Shown piece after piece: positions 63,752 to 64,000 of a stretch of 64,000 nucleotides of DNA. The stretch spans positions 186,001-250,000 of the forward strand of contig NW_027596458.1 in assembly GCF_964194155.1 (NCBI RefSeq). The letters run 5' to 3'. The notes below the pieces were generated by a model. The model saw only the letters and a list, made by a program, of their open reading frames with translations. It did not search any database and had not been told where the DNA came from. Source of the DNA: Cetorhinus maximus. Taxonomy: Eukaryota. Made by a program: the position numbers and the translations under genes. Numbering within the stretch: position 1 is the stretch's first letter; every line of letters starts with the position of its first letter.

Positions 63752-64000
63752 CCTATCACTGCTTGCTTGTCCTTACAACCATCCCCCCCCAACTTCTCTC
63801 CTCCCACCCCCCCACCTTAAACCAGCTTATATTTCACCCCTCTCCTAATATTACTCAGTTCTGTTGAAGGGTCATGAGGACTCAAAGTGTCAACTCTATT
63901 CTTCTCCGCCGATGCTGCCAGACCTGCTGAGTTTTTCCAGGTAATTCTGTTTTTGTTTTGGATTTCCAGCATCCGCAGTAGTTTTTTGCTTTTATCAAAT
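63109..64000 (+). mobile_element. Penelope-like retroelement 3' fragment (GIY-YIG endonuclease remnant plus 3' terminal region)
   Basis: FTCISPNLVYCIHCSQCGLLYIGETKRKLGNRFAEHLRSV...PVACHFN...RKLEEQHLIF is a PLE-type GIY-YIG domain (VY...CxxC...YIGET) with a premature stop at 63422-63424, followed by a pyrimidine-rich terminal region. The right boundary is uncertain. Confidence 0.9.
63857..63895 (+). ncRNA. Degenerate minimal (type I) hammerhead-ribozyme-like motif of the Penelope terminus
   Basis: AGTT-CTGTTGA-A-GGGTC-atgag-GACTC-AAAGTGTC-AACT: helix I AGTT/AACT, a CUGAnGA-like box, a 5-bp helix II and a GAAAC-GUC-like box with three substitutions. PLE termini are known to carry minimal hammerheads. 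Confidence 0.55.

Overview
Eukaryotic genomic DNA, probably from a shark or other cartilaginous fish (inferred from the style of the CR1 and Penelope elements). About 90% of the window is minisatellite. Hidden in it on the minus strand are three short GT-AG exons (48374-48503, 41617-41763, and 1-62, which runs off the window). They splice in frame to [44 protein letters not shown]|[49 protein letters not shown]|VFPDVTILFSDVVGFTRICS. This is the H-NOBA/PAS end, the coiled coil and the start of the cyclase domain of a soluble guanylate cyclase. From recall it is closer to the insect atypical (O2-regulated) Gyc88E type than to vertebrate GUCY1A/B. The introns are inflated by four unrelated, strongly strand-skewed minisatellites (20, 26, 16 and 21 bp units), each with higher-order structure. 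One intron is 41,554 bp and consists of two arrays fused at a 5-bp microhomology. The window also holds two 5'-truncated CR1 LINEs in opposite orientations around one exon, and a Penelope-like element with a ~640-bp inverted repeat and a decayed hammerhead-ribozyme motif. Nearly all long ORFs in the supplied track are repeat-translation artefacts. No prokaryotic features and no CRISPR array were found.
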